Of a stretch of 64,000 nucleotides of DNA, positions 25,370-37,969 are shown piece after piece. The translations under genes were made by a program, and so were the position numbers. Source of the DNA: Lepidodermella squamata (lineage: Eukaryota; Animalia; Gastrotricha). A model generated the notes under the pieces. It saw only the letters and a list, made by a program, of their open reading frames with translations. It made no database searches and was not told where the DNA came from. Numbering within the stretch: position 1 is the first letter of the stretch; the number at the start of each line of letters is the position of its first letter. The stretch spans positions 1,116,001 to 1,180,000 of the forward strand of contig JBLDXI010000025.1 of NCBI GenBank assembly GCA_047495785.1, written 5' to 3'.

Positions 25370-27994
25370 GTTTGTGCTTTGAGGGGTGTTGAGGTGGAGG
25401 AGGTATCGAGTGTTGTTGCGGCAGGTAGTCCCTTGTGCTCGGTCGCCGCGCTGCATTCGGGTTAGCTTCAGACGCGCGATGGCGGTCCGAGGCCTGCGGC
25501 GAGTGCTGCGGCGGGAAGCGCATGTTCTCCGGCAGCTGTAGCGAGCACGGCCGTCTCGCCGAGCCATTGGAATCCGCACTGCCCAACTCGCCGATCAGCA
25601 TGTCGCCTGTTGCCATCAAATCGCCGTTTTCCACCATGCGGTGGTACGTGTTGTTGACAGCGGGCGGAGCACCGTTTTGCCGCGGCAGCGAGCCGTTGCT
25701 TTGATCAATGTTGTTACTGTTGTTGTTGTTGTTGTTCGGGTAGGGCGAGGGTGACGAGCGGCTGTTGCGGTAGTTGGACGGCGAGCCTTCACAACTCAGC
25801 TTCGCCGCTTGTGAGTAGTGCTGGTGCGAGGGGGTTGCCTGGTTCGAAGGGGTCAGGAATGTCCCGGCTTGGTGGCATCCTGACGATGAAAGACCATTTT
25901 CAAGAGGAGGCATAGATGACCTGAGAAAGAGGTTACAATCAATTTCAAGATGAAACCATGATAAAGAATAAAGAGTCTTCTATCAAATTTTGGCTACGGA
26001 TTGATACCCATCGTAATTGCTTAAATCTTAGATCATCCTATTGTCTAAGCTGACGTTCAACTAGACTCTTTTATCAATGACTGATAGGAAACCACAATTG
26101 GCTTGGTGCCTAATAAAAATCAATAGACAGGAGAAGCACTAAAACCTTTAAACGTCTGCTCCGTATGGCAAATAAATCTTATTATCGGCTTGAAACTGGA
26201 GATAGCGAAAGCCCTCCCATATTTATAGCAGTCTTTTAATTCTAGATTTCAGGCGTGAAATCGGAATAGTAAGGAATGAGCATACGGGTCCACACTGTAT
26301 TATTGGCTTTTTACAGGCCAACTGAAATAATCTTGCCATGAGTGAGACTCTCTTATTCGGAATCGTTTAAAAAGGAGGTTTTGCGATAGATTCAAGTTTT
26401 GCGCGTCTAGAAAAATGTCCCTTGGAATCATCGACAAAATATCGAAGTAGTTCTCAGGTTCGATGGAGGTCAAGAGTGCATTCTAGTCTTGACCTCAAGA
26501 CCAGATGCCAGAAGGCTACAAGATCTCGTCAAAAAGTAACCACTCACCTTCTGTTTATGAAAAGGACAATGTGCATTATATATCTCTATAACACCACACC
26601 AAAAAATAGCGAATGCTATGTTAGCGGTGTTACTAACGAATACCTTTAAAAGATGTTAGCCCCATTTAATAATTGGCGAGCAAGCTTTAAAAAGCAATAA
26701 ACGTTTATCTGCTGCGAATGCTCAGCGTAACATGGTATTGATAGCCCATAAACATTCTTCCCACACCTCCACCGTTAATTTACACTTACCAATCGCAACA
26801 CCGGTGCTTTATATTGCTATCAAGCAAAAAATCGAAATATCAGAAGTTAGAGCTAATATTCATAATAGCTTCTTAATTGATTGAATTAACAATGCATTGC
26901 TTACCCAACGTTATCGTAAATTGTCTGCTGGCGCCAGTAGTCGGCAGCGATTTCTTCGAGCCGATGATCGATGTTAGGATCGCCACGTATGCAGACAAAA
27001 GTGCCGTTGTTGTGCGTAGTAAAAAGACGATCAAATATTTCTTTATTGAGCGGCTTAACATAGACCTTGACGTTGGACATTGCGGAGAAAAATGACCGAA
27101 CAAAGGAAGAAAGTAAAAAAAAATCAATTGCCGTCTGCACTGAGCTCAAGAGGCGACAAAAAACTCACTTTTATCTCAGTCAGCCGGCCTATTTGTTCCA
27201 GTTTCTTGTAAATGTACAGCCGGTGGTTGCCATTTATCGCCCAGTAGGCTCCCCAGCGGAACATGACCTAGTGTGAAAAAATCAAGAAAAAAATGAAGCG
27301 GCAGACAATAGCGTAATTCGCCACTTTCACGCTGAATTTATATATATGCCCTGCCCCAATAGGATCCAGAGCTAAGGAAATGACCGAGAACTGGCCCAAT
27401 TCTTTAATATCGATTGCAAGGACATCATGGTGTGATCAAGCAAGATCCAAATCAGCCTTACTTTCCCTGGATTAACGCTATTGAAGAGGAAGTGTAAAGT
27501 ATTCATCCCTGTAGTGAATAACCGAACGAAGGTGAAACAAATTTTTACATCTTTGCCCCAATTGTGTAATCTTTGATCGTGAAATTTAATAGAATGATTT
27601 CTCATTCAATTTCGTAATGTTTTCATCGGAATTCAGAAAATAGTTATGTTGAAATTCTAAACAACTTGAAAAGAACTTACGGTGATAGGCTCGAGCTCGC
27701 GGATATCGATGCGTTCGAACAGCAGGGCCTCGAATAGTTCGGACAGCTTCTGGCCGGTTTTGAACGTGTGATTCACCGAATCGGCCATGTAACGTATCAC
27801 ACTTGGGTGGAGGAAGAGCACGTCGGCCGCCGAGCCGCCCCCCTTGCCCTGGCTGTGGGCCGGCGACGGCGGGCAGCGCGCGGTCATGATTCGCGGGCTT
27901 CGGCGCGGCGGGTGGTGCGCGTGGTAGTGGTAGGCGGTTGACTGATAACGCGGCTGATAGGACGGCGGCGGCGGGACACGGCTGTTATACGCTG
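25370..27994 (-). CDS. ParB/sulfiredoxin-like domain protein, 5' coding exons 27994-27681, 27267-27169, 27065-26905, 26816-26790, 25920-25370
   Basis: The spliced product reads LFLHPSVIRYMADSVNHTFKTGQKLSELFEALLFERIDIRELEPIT|VMFRWGAYWAINGNHRLYIYKKLEQIGRLTEIK|VYVKPLNKEIFDRLFTTHNNGTFVCIRGDP. All junctions are GT-AG with consistent phases (0,0,2,2). The GxxR motif GNHRL is ParB/Srx-like. The start codon is uncertain. Confidence 0.75.
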
Positions 27995-30900
27995 CTGAAT
28001 AGTTATGCGAATATCTATTATCAGCAATCAGTTTGAATCAGTTTCTTCTGTTTCACTTGGTGTTTTTTCAGTTCAAGACGAACAGTGATGAGAGGCTCCA
28101 GAACGGTGGAAGCAAGGAACAACCAAGAAGAGGAGGGGAGAGATAAAAGGAACAGTGATAGAGAAGAAAAACGAAGAAGGGGCGTAGCAGCGCACGCAGG
28201 CTCGTGTAATGTGATGGCAGTCGTGCGATTCTCCGAGGGAAATCGATACGGCGGGTGCTCGACGGCTAACGAAATATATGAATCTCGAGCTGGTCGTGCG
28301 TTCCTCACTACACGATCATGTGGCAGCGGCTGCAGCACCGAAATTAGCTTGTACCTGTGTCGACCCAGGTAAGGAAAATTAGGAATTTTAATTAACGAAG
28401 AAAATATCCCGTGATTTTTAACGTGGTTAACGTCCCCCCTGGCGCACCTGCTCGAGGCCTCGAAAGATTTCCGGTATTTCTACCCAGTAAGGATTTCCGG
28501 GGCCCAAATATTATGATTTTCCCAATACCGCCCCGGGAGCATAGTGATTTTTTGTTATAAATAAATACAAAAATCCGTGTTAAAAAGGGTGTAGAAAAAC
28601 ATGCTCATGCGTAGATTACGATGTGGAAAAGTTGTAGTAGTAGCAGTAGTAGTAGTAGCGTAATAATATCAGGAAGTTGTGCTCACCTTGCCGCGTCGAC
28701 TGTGTAGTTGTAGGAAGTTGGAATTAGCAGCGATCATTCATGCCAGCACGGCGCGTTCGCTAGCTTATCAGGCGTTTACTTGCACGGGCGGTCAGCAGTT
28801 TGCCATGCGCATCTCGATCGCCTGGTGCTGCCTCTGGTGTGTTAACAGGCGTTTTTTCAACACAGCCGTTGGGTAAACAAAACTGCGGTTCGTTTATATG
28901 TTTAAACAACTAAAACTCCTAGAAAAACATTGTTTTTGGATGAACTACGACATAAGAACGTGTTTTGATGTCGAAAAATTGCCTTGATCTTGATTGCTTA
29001 TTCGCTGGGATTCATCAAGAATTTCGTGGATTTTAGCTTTTTAATCAAAATTGATGAACGAGTTCAATAAAAGCAGAGTCTCACTATCGCTTCAAGACTC
29101 AATATTTGTCTTCATCCAGGCCTAGATTGGCTTCATAAGCTTTGAGATACGTGCAAAAACCAGGCGCTCAGGGTAGATATCCATTTCACGTTTCGATCAA
29201 GCTTTCCACATTTATCCAATATAACAAATAACTGGACATGTGAATATCTTTTACGAAATTCTTTCCTAGTAAAAATGCATTTGTCTGGGATGAAAAAGAC
29301 AATTTATTATTGTACAGTGAAACCTTTCATCTAGAAGGGCTAAGGTTCCGAAGAATAGACGTAGAGTGAGATCTTCAAAGAGTTTGAAATACAGTGGAGT
29401 TGTCTAAATCGGAGTCGGGTCAAGCCAAGCAAAATTATCCGGTTCAGAGAAAGTCATGTTCAGACATTAAATTTTACCTGATGTAATTTCAATTTTTCGA
29501 GCCACAGTAAGTGGTAAGTTGTCCGGTTTAGAAAACGTCCGGTTGAGGCCGATCTTTTGTGTAAAATTATTAATAAATGTTCGCAAAACGATACGCTATT
29601 GGTCACCCCTTGGAACAATGGAGAGCAGAGAGGCACCAAAACAGAGATTCTGGGCAAAAATGAATGAAACGAAAAATAAGGCTATGGAAACCCCTTCCCA
29701 CTATGAGCAATTTTCAATTGAAAATGACTTAGTGCTGCTTTCTAAAGCGTCAAAAAGAGATGCTGAGCAATTTTAGGCTATTACGGAAATGAAAATATAC
29801 CTAGACTTAGAATTAAGAAACTCATTATTTCCTCCTCGCTTTCCCAAAATACTCGAAAAGGAATTTTCAAAACGAGGCAATCAGCTGCAATCGAAACTTA
29901 GCATCGAGGGATTTACGTTTGCTAAGCCCGTCAATCAGATTTAATTTTGCTTGATGTTGAGAATTCACCCGGCAATTATCGAAACGGCTCTTGTCCAATT
30001 CGAGGGCTAAAGAAGTTTTTCATTAAATTCAAAGCATTCAATAATATGTGAATGCCTCTGTAAATTACTTCACAGCTACATCGTTGGCCAGGCTAAACGC
30101 GAAAGAGAACAATCTATAAGATAATGAACGCTGTCGGCAGAAAATGAGGATTTGGGAAGAAAACACGCTGTTGACATCAGGAGCCTAATAAAGCCACCTA
30201 AATGAGAGGATTAACATTAATAAAGCATGTCCACAGGCGAAGAGGAGCTATTTTAGCCCGAAAATTAGCGTTAATTTCGATGGCCGTTATCGCGCTCGTA
30301 ATGCAAGAAAGCGGCGGTGCATTTCGCCTTCCATTCAGCTTTCATCCTCTAGTGAGTTGATGATGAATGCTGACTGCAGCCTACAACAAGGGCCGAGAAA
30401 ATTGGCCAGGAAATTAGATTAGCGTGTGAACAAAGTACATACACATGCTGCGAACAAGTGAAAACGGCCGCGCGACCATTCATGTGATCGCGACCGATAA
30501 TTACGGAAGCCATAGCTGCGTAATTATTGTCGTCGAGCCAATAGAGAAGCAAAAAGGTTTAGCCACCATTCATGTCGGCGAAAAGATAAGACGAACAAAT
30601 CCGGGCAGAGTGCAAAGGAAATGCGCGCTAAGTAAAAATAGCGCATTGAGGTGCTTCTAATTGAATTTCGCCAGATCTTGATAACGTGCCCGCCATCGAT
30701 TTGTGAGTATAGCCATCAGTCGTAACTATCAATGACTAACGTGGTGTAAAATCTGAACTCAGGGATGGTATATAGCGTGTATACGACGCACGACAAAAAA
30801 GGCGCTTTCGGCCGCGTGCGCATATCGATGACGATAGTATAATGCGCTCACTTCCTGGCGCGTTTTTGATAGACAGATGGCGCAGCGCCCATTACCGGCA

Positions 30901-31993
30901 TGCTTGCGTTCATTTTTCAACAACACCATGTAATAATGCCTCGGCGGCGCAGTAGCCGTTTATTAGTCGGATAGATCACAAAAACACACACGCCATGCGA
31001 ACGAGCGAGACACAACTGATCATTAGCCGCTCGCGTCGGACTTCAGTACAACATTCAATGTTATTTACTAGCAGTAATAATAATCATAATAATAATGGGC
31101 GAAAACTAACTTTTTTCCTTGTTACGCAAAGTCGCGAGAAAAAACGGCTATCGGGGCATAGATATATATTGGATCCCTTGCTACTACGACGACTACTACT
31201 ACTACTGCTACTACAACACCACATATTTTTTCATTATGAAAATTAGATGACGGGAGAATATATTCGAGTGATATGAGCGTGATGAGATGGGTAATCATGT
31301 AATTTGCTGCGCGAAAAAAGACGCGCGTGCATCACGTTGTCATTAATATTATTGACACTCGTGTTTGCTGCTGCCTGCATTCGAACAGCGCGTGCCTAGC
31401 GCCAATATCTTCTCGTGTGTAATTGGCGAAATCATCATCGCCATCATTATTATTATTATTATTAGCATGTACCGAGAGGGTGACGAGAGGCGGGCGCGGC
31501 AGCATGAGCGCGAAAATTATTTGTCGGCATAACTAATAAAAAAACGCTTTGTACACACTTATGCATGCCGTCGATTGATTTTCAAACACAAAACTCTATA
31601 ATTTCATCCAAAAAAGTGGTCCTCAAATAATTTCGACCAATCGAGGTTACACACTCAGACGATAGTAAACACTCAATTAAATCATCTCGTGCCAATTAGG
31701 TTAAAAACCGAGATTTCAAGACGGTAAAGCCCTTCCGAAGTGACGGGTATATGATACCACCGTCAACCCATACGTTAACTGTTCCCAAGTTTTCCACAAC
31801 CCCCAAAAATCACTTGTCAAGCTGCGATTGTTAAGCGTTCGTATTTCACACATAGCCGCGACCGTAATTGCATTACGCGGCTGGTTGCGAAAAAACGCGG
31901 TTCTAGCCGGCATGGTCCATTTTTTCGCTGTTTTTATTTCCTCAAGGGGCAGCCATTCATTGAACCATAAATAACTGAGTTTTGCACCGCGGA

Positions 31994-33121
31994 TCAAGAA
32001 AAATCCAAGTAAGCTCTGTCATATAAACTATGTAAATGCGGCTTATCGTCTGGGTGAGTTCGCCATGAATAGTCGATCGTAGGATCCTGAGAGAGAAAAT
32101 TCATTTTAAGACTATCAATAATTCCATAACATACCGGCCAAGCTTCAATGTCCCACTTCGCAGCCAAAACGCTTAGAACACTCGAGCCATGACCTGATGT
32201 TATCGATTTGCTCTCAAATGACGACAACACACCAAGATTCATCGAAGCCTCCAGCCATTGAGTAACAAATTCAATCGAACGCGCTGTTTTTCTGAAGACT
32301 GCGACATATCCGGACACAAGTTTCCCGTTCAAGCAACGGCCTTCCGAGCAGTTCATTTTTTGAAAGATGCTGTTATGGGCATAGCTAGAGATGGGGTCAG
32401 GTGTCTCGAACAAAGCGATATCTCTCTCCAGTTTCCACAACAAGCAATTCGGGCCGTCGTCGAAATTCCCGATGAAGTATAGGCCAGGATCTGTGTACAC
32501 CAAAATATCGTTTTCATCAACAGCTTCCAGAGCTTTGAGGATAATGTACGGTTTCCACAGCCACAGGTTACCATCACTATTCTCCGCCTTCATGAGCTTC
32601 AAGAAATCTCTATCGAGAGATGAGCTGTTGAAGGAAATGCATAGGTCAAATCCGCCTATTCCGGTTCCAGTGTAGCAGTTGAAACGCTGAGGATTCGGGT
32701 AGCCTCTTTCTGCGTAGTTGACAAGAACCCGTTTGCTGTTCCAGAATTCACCGAGAGGCGAGTCGCACCTATCGCTTCTTGCCCATGAACCACCATGGAG
32801 CACGTTATTACGATAGAAGATGGTCGCATTGGGTAGCCGTTTTTCAAGATCTGTCTTAGTATGCTCTTCCTCTACTGTTGATAAGCTGAGGGCTGGATCT
32901 TGAGTTGAAATCGTGCTTGGCGGCGTAGATTCTGGTTGAGTCTGTGGTAAAGTTGCTGTAGACTCAATCGAATCGTCTTCCGTCGTAGTGGTCGGCTTTG
33001 TTGCACGAGTTACTGGAACGTCAAGCTCTTCCGAAGAAGTCGAAGTCAAGTTTCTATAGAAAAGATAGGCCCATGAAGCTATAAACACGTAGAAGAGCCG
33101 CCGTTTTCTCAGCATGGCCAT
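31994..33121 (-). CDS. Glycosyltransferase-like type II membrane protein, array copy 1 (divergent)
   Basis: N-terminal basic plus hydrophobic anchor, T/S/P stem, LWLWKPYIILKAL, ILVYTDPG and WP|DP intron. Lacks HRNDQS. Confidence 0.8.
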   Translation of the reverse strand: MAMLRKRRLFYVFIASWAYLFYRNLTSTSSEELDVPVTRATKPTTTTEDDSIESTATLPQTQPESTPPSTISTQDPALSLSTVEEEHTKTDLEKRLPNATIFYRNNVLHGGSWARSDRCDSPLGEFWNSKRVLVNYAERGYPNPQRFNCYTGTGIGGFDLCISFNSSSLDRDFLKLMKAENSDGNLWLWKPYIILKALEAVDENDILVYTDPGLYFIGNFDDGPNCLLWKLERDIALFETPDPISSYAHNSIFQKMNCSEGRCLNGKLVSGYVAVFRKTARSIEFVTQWLEASMNLGVLSSFESKSITSGHGSSVLSVLAAKWDIEAWPVCYGIIDSLKMNFLSQDPTIDYSWRTHPDDKPHLHSLYDRAYLDFS

Positions 33122-33401
33122 AGGATGTCGAAATTTTTCCTGTCAAAATTGATGGATAGTACTGCCTCAAAAAGTCCTTAATAAGGCGCTTTGAGGTATA
33201 TTTTCGAGAAAAATCTATCAATGAGAGCAGGTACAAACTCTTTCATAATCAACCACGCAAATTCGCCGTTTGAAAGAAATACACCCACGTCTGATCCGCG
33301 TGGGTGTATAGACTGTGAATGGGATGTTTTGAATAGTCAATTATTGTTTGCAAAAACTACATCTTTTTATTTCAAGGAAGCTGCACCTTATCGTGTGACA
33401 A

Positions 33402-34648
33402 TCACTTGGCGAAGTCTATGAAGATGTTCCCTAACAAGCTTCTGAGATGATGTTTCCCTTTAAAATCCTTCGTAGTCGAACGATGTGTGGACGGATCCTG
33501 TTAATCACAAGAAAATAATGAATCTGATAAAAAAAATAATAGAGTCAAGCTTTTACCGGCCAAGCCTCGATGTCCCACTTCTTAGCTAGAACACTCAAAA
33601 TGCTGGCATCAGGATTGGATCGCTCGAAAGTGTAGTACTGCCTTGGTTCAATCGCGGCCAGACCTAATTCTTCGGAGTAATCAAGCCATTCTTGAACAAA
33701 CTGAATGGCCCTCTTCGTTTTACGTAACAGAATGAATGCAGAAGTCACCATTGTTCCGTTTTTGCACGCATCATCTGTGCAGTTGAGAGCAGAGAAAACC
33801 TCAGGCTTTGCATAGACCTGCATTTTCCGAGATGTTGCGAAAAGAGCAATATCTTTCTGCAGCCTCCACATCAAACAATTCGGGCCATCGTCAAAGTTCT
33901 TCGAGAAAAAAGCGTCTGGGTCTGAATAGAGCAAGAAATCGTTGTCATTCATCGCGAGTAATGTCTGCAAGATGATATACGGCTTCCACTGCCAAAAGCC
34001 GCCCCATGTTCCGTTCACCATCAAAATCTTGTTCTTCTCGCGAAAATCATTGTCAAACGATGATAAATTGAAGGATATGCATAGATCGAAACCGCCTATT
34101 CCAGTGCCTGTGAAGCAGTTGAATCTCTGGGCCTTTGGATAGCCAGTGTCTACGTAATTTATGAGAAATCTTCGGCTTTTGGAGAAATCTCCCAGCGGAG
34201 AATCGCAGTAAATGGAGTTGCGTTTCCATGCCCCACCATGCGCAGCATCATCTCGGTAAAAGATTTTCGTTCCAGGCAATGACTCTTCCAGGCTTAATTT
34301 GGGTCTACCTCGACCTGTGGTGGCTTTCGAAGGCTGATCAGGTGCTCTGCCGAGCTTCAAATTACTTGATGGTATTGAGGATTCAGTTGTAATAGAAATA
34401 ATCGGTAGCTGTGCGATTTGGGTTGTTGTAGTCTTTATATCTCCTGTAACCAAGACGAACGATCGCAGGGAGGAGGACGAGACTCGATGCTGAGTGGAGT
34501 CTGCAATGCTTTCAACAACCTCTTCAGCTAAATTTGGATTTGGATTCCAGATGATGAAGTAAGCTAAACCGAAACATGCAGCTGACACTGAAATTAAGAT
34601 GTAAAATAAGAGCCGGTGTTTTGCCATTATGACATATTCACGCTTCAT
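33402..34648 (-). CDS. Glycosyltransferase-like type II membrane protein, array copy 2 (divergent; last exon possibly frameshifted)
   Basis: TM anchor, GGFWQWKPYIILQTL, FLLYSDPD and WP|DP intron. The last exon stops at 33431 in frame, while the shifted frame resembles the copy 1 C-terminus up to 33402. Confidence 0.78.
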
Positions 34649-34883
34649 TCTTTAGAAAGCGATTCAGAAACGTCTCCGCAAATTGAATGGACTCATGGAA
34701 ATATGTATTCAGCCATTCATTCAAATGAGTTTCTTTTCATCTCAGGGAGATCCACTTCTCGTTTGGGACCAATAAAAATATCGAACTGATTCTCTTAAGA
34801 TGGATCAGGCAATGAGTCGAGTGATTAAGCTCCTATTATTTTAATAGTTTTAGGCCAGTCAGATAGGATCAGCACCAGATTTT

Positions 34884-35973
34884 TCAAGATTTATCTTTCG
34901 TATGCCTTATAAACGTTTTATTGAGTAAAGCGCTGTATTGAGGCTGATTTCGTAACCAAAATCCATAACCACTCTCGCCCCAGTGACCAGGATCCTAAAT
35001 ATAGCGAAATTAATTTTTGAAACCAAACTTCAATATATCGCCTCACCGGCCAGTGCTCAATGCCCCATTTCTTCGCCAAAATGCTGAGAATACTTTGATC
35101 GTTACGATGAGCCACGAATTCCGGGTCCTCGTTTTGCACCAAAGTCGAAGGATCGTTCGCAATTAACCGGAAATCCTCAGCGTAACTCAACCATTGCGCG
35201 GCAAAATGCAGTGATCGCAATGTTTTTCGAAATACAACATAAGCCGCGTTAATTTGAAACCCGTCATAACAGCTTTTGTCTAGGCAATTCATGATCAGAA
35301 AAGTATCTCCTTTCGAGTACTTTCGCTCTTTGTGGTCAGTAGTAAAAACAGCAATGTCACCTCCATTCTTCGCAAGCTGGCAAATCGGTCCGGTGTTAAA
35401 ATCCGCTACAAATTGAGTCCCAGAATCGGCATAGATTAGGATATCATTTTCCTCCATTGTTAGCAGAGCCTTGAACACAATGTAAGGCTTCCATATCCAA
35501 TAACCACCGCCGTGAGAGTCCGAAAGGGCTAATTTGTTACGCATGATGAAATCGTCGTCCAAAATGTGCTTGTTAAACATCACGCAGGTGTCAAAATAGC
35601 TGGAATTCAATCCAGTAGCGCAATTCAGGGGTTGTGACTTCTTACAGCACCGGTTGCCGTAGTTGATTAGAATTCTGCGGCTTGATGTGAACCATTTCGC
35701 TGATCCACATTCAGGAGCTGCGTTTGGAGTGTAGGGTGTACCACGGTGCAAAAATTTAGCTCTTGGGAAGGCGGTTTCTAACCTGGCCCGATAGGATATG
35801 TCGTTCATTCTGGATAGGTTAGTCCTGAGTGAAGCCAATTGCAAATCTGATTCGAGAGCTCGTTGTGTGTGACGAATAATGTGGGTTTTGACACGACTCG
35901 TGATGATATCCAGAGAAAATATATAGGCAAACAACAATGCGATTACGCAACCAATTTTAAAGCTTGTATCCAT
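34884..35973 (-). CDS. Glycosyltransferase-like type II membrane protein, array copy 3
   Basis: TM anchor; GGGYWIWKPYIVFKAL, ILIYADSG, HRNDQSILSILAKKW; terminal exon DPGHWG...HTKDKS*. Confidence 0.85.
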
Positions 35974-36716
35974 GATTTCGCGCCCTGAACCAAAGAATGG
36001 AGACTGATTGCTGAATTTTCTTCTATTGCAAAACTCAAATCAATTTATATGAAATTTAGCAATTGGCATAAATAATAAATAACAGTTGCTGCGGTATAAT
36101 ATGGCTAATTTAACTGTAGGCCATTACCCACTCAGGAAGACATTATTTGTTAGTATAGATAATGATTTAGCATTTAGCTCAGGCCAAGAGAAGCTAATAA
36201 CAAGCCTCTTTTAGCCACTTTCGTGACGAAAAACCCGCACAGTGAGTTGCTGAAAGATAAATCTTGCCTGCATCTCTGACGAATAATCAGCAGGTATTAT
36301 GTATGCTGTTTACACTGATTATAATCTTCCGCGATCTAGACGATGTCCCAGTTCGTAAAATTCGACTAAAATTCCGAGAAGGGAATAGCAAATTCTTGGA
36401 ACATTTCCGGAGAAACTCAAGGAAACTAAAAGTTACAAAATTATGGTCAAAGGTCAGTTTGTCAGTTTAATTCATGGCCGAGAGGCGACAAGTGGACATA
36501 AAACGTAGCACGTAGCAAAAGTGAATGTTCTGTCAAATAAATTTCAAATGGACAGGAATTTCATCAAGATTCTAGCCATGCTGTTTATTGTCCTTTTTCT
36601 CTTTTCATTTTCCTAGCATCCTTACTATAGACTTTATCTTGCGAATTAAAATAAAAATAAGATGTAAAGCCCTCGTGTATAGCATCATTAATGATGGAAA
36701 GTGTTACAGCATGGTA

Positions 36717-37880
36717 TCAAGATTTGTCTCTTGTGTGCTCCATAAAAGTTCTGTTGAGGTATTCGCTGAATTGAGGCTGATTGCGTAACCACTGGCCATA
36801 ATCCGTTATTTGGCCCCACTGTGAAGGATCCTGGAAAATAGAAACTATATCAACAAAAAGACGTGAGCAATTCAGAATTAGTCTAACAGGCCAATGTTCG
36901 ATGTTCCATTTCTTCGCTAAAATGCTAATAATGCTTTGATCGTTGCGATGGTCGACAAAATCCGGCGCTTCACTGGGTTGAATCGTCGAATCATCATTGC
37001 TGATCAAACGATAGTCCTGCGCATAAGTTAACCATTGAGATACAAACTGGATAGTGCGAAACGTCTTCCGGAAAACTAGAAAAGCCGCTGTGAGTTGCGT
37101 ACCGTTGTAGCACTTTTCCTCCATGCAATTCATGACCAGAAAGGTATCAGCTTTTGAGTAATAATGCTCTTTGTGTTCGGTGGTAAACACGGCAATATCG
37201 CCGTCGTTTTTCGCTAGTAAACAAATCGGTCCAGAATTGAAGTCCTCTTTAAAATAAGACCCAGAATCAGCGTAGACAAGAATATCGTCGTCATCCATAG
37301 CTAGAAGAGTCTTGAACACAATGTAAGGCTTCCAGAGCCAAAAACCACCGCCAGTCGATTCTGGGGTGAAGATTTGTCGATTGCGAGATCTAAACTCTTC
37401 GTCCAGAGACGTTTCGTTGAACATAATGCAGGTGTCAAAGCCGCCTTTCACGAGGCCTGTATCACAGTTGAGCGGTTGAGATTTTTGACAGCAACGGGAT
37501 GCGTAATTGACCAAAATTCTTCTGCTGCTATGAAACCATTTTGATTGGCCGCAGTTTGAGCCATTTTTCTCGTGAGGTCCAATTCGATGGCTGATTTTAG
37601 CCCGAGGAAGAGCAGCTGCCAGCTTAGCCCGGTATTCAAGCTCTAGTGGGCTGAAGACGTGGCTTCTATGTGATAACATGCGTTTCTCCAGCTCGGTAAG
37701 ATTCATCCAATTTAGAGTTGAGCAAAGATTCTGAAGGCTGAGCGAGCTGGTCACTTGATTTGCGATGTCAAGGCAAACGATGTAGACGATGAGTACAATG
37801 GCCAGAGCTGCGAAGAGGTGGTAAGCCCTCTGTTGGCGCTGGTTGAGCTGGCACGATTGATAGGCCATTCTCCCCATCAC
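36717..37880 (-). CDS. Glycosyltransferase-like type II membrane protein, array copy 4
   Basis: TM anchor; GGGFWLWKPYIV, ILVYADSG, HRNDQS; in-frame intron at WP|DP; terminal exon DPSQWG...HTRDKS*. The exact start codon is uncertain. Confidence 0.85.
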   Translation of the reverse strand: MMGRMAYQSCQLNQRQQRAYHLFAALAIVLIVYIVCLDIANQVTSSLSLQNLCSTLNWMNLTELEKRMLSHRSHVFSPLELEYRAKLAAALPRAKISHRIGPHEKNGSNCGQSKWFHSSRRILVNYASRCCQKSQPLNCDTGLVKGGFDTCIMFNETSLDEEFRSRNRQIFTPESTGGGFWLWKPYIVFKTLLAMDDDDILVYADSGSYFKEDFNSGPICLLAKNDGDIAVFTTEHKEHYYSKADTFLVMNCMEEKCYNGTQLTAAFLVFRKTFRTIQFVSQWLTYAQDYRLISNDDSTIQPSEAPDFVDHRNDQSIISILAKKWNIEHWPVRLILNCSRLFVDIVSIFQDPSQWGQITDYGQWLRNQPQFSEYLNRTFMEHTRDKS

Positions 37881-37969
37881 AAATGTCGTTAATTCATCTA
37901 CATAAGTACACTCACGATGGCTATCTATGGTCTGTGTTGAGCTTTACAAAAGAAGCATAGTGATAAACA

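Noticed and set aside
27169-27267. Sulfiredoxin call for the GNHR exon
   Set aside because: It lacks the catalytic Cys of the FGGCHR motif, so it is kept only as ParB/Srx-like.
28021-31700. Short ORFs and (TAG)n/(CTA)n/(ATT)n microsatellites
   Set aside because: No coding signature. Probably 5' UTR, intronic or regulatory DNA of the ParB-like locus. A candidate first exon near 28687-28740 could not be joined in phase.
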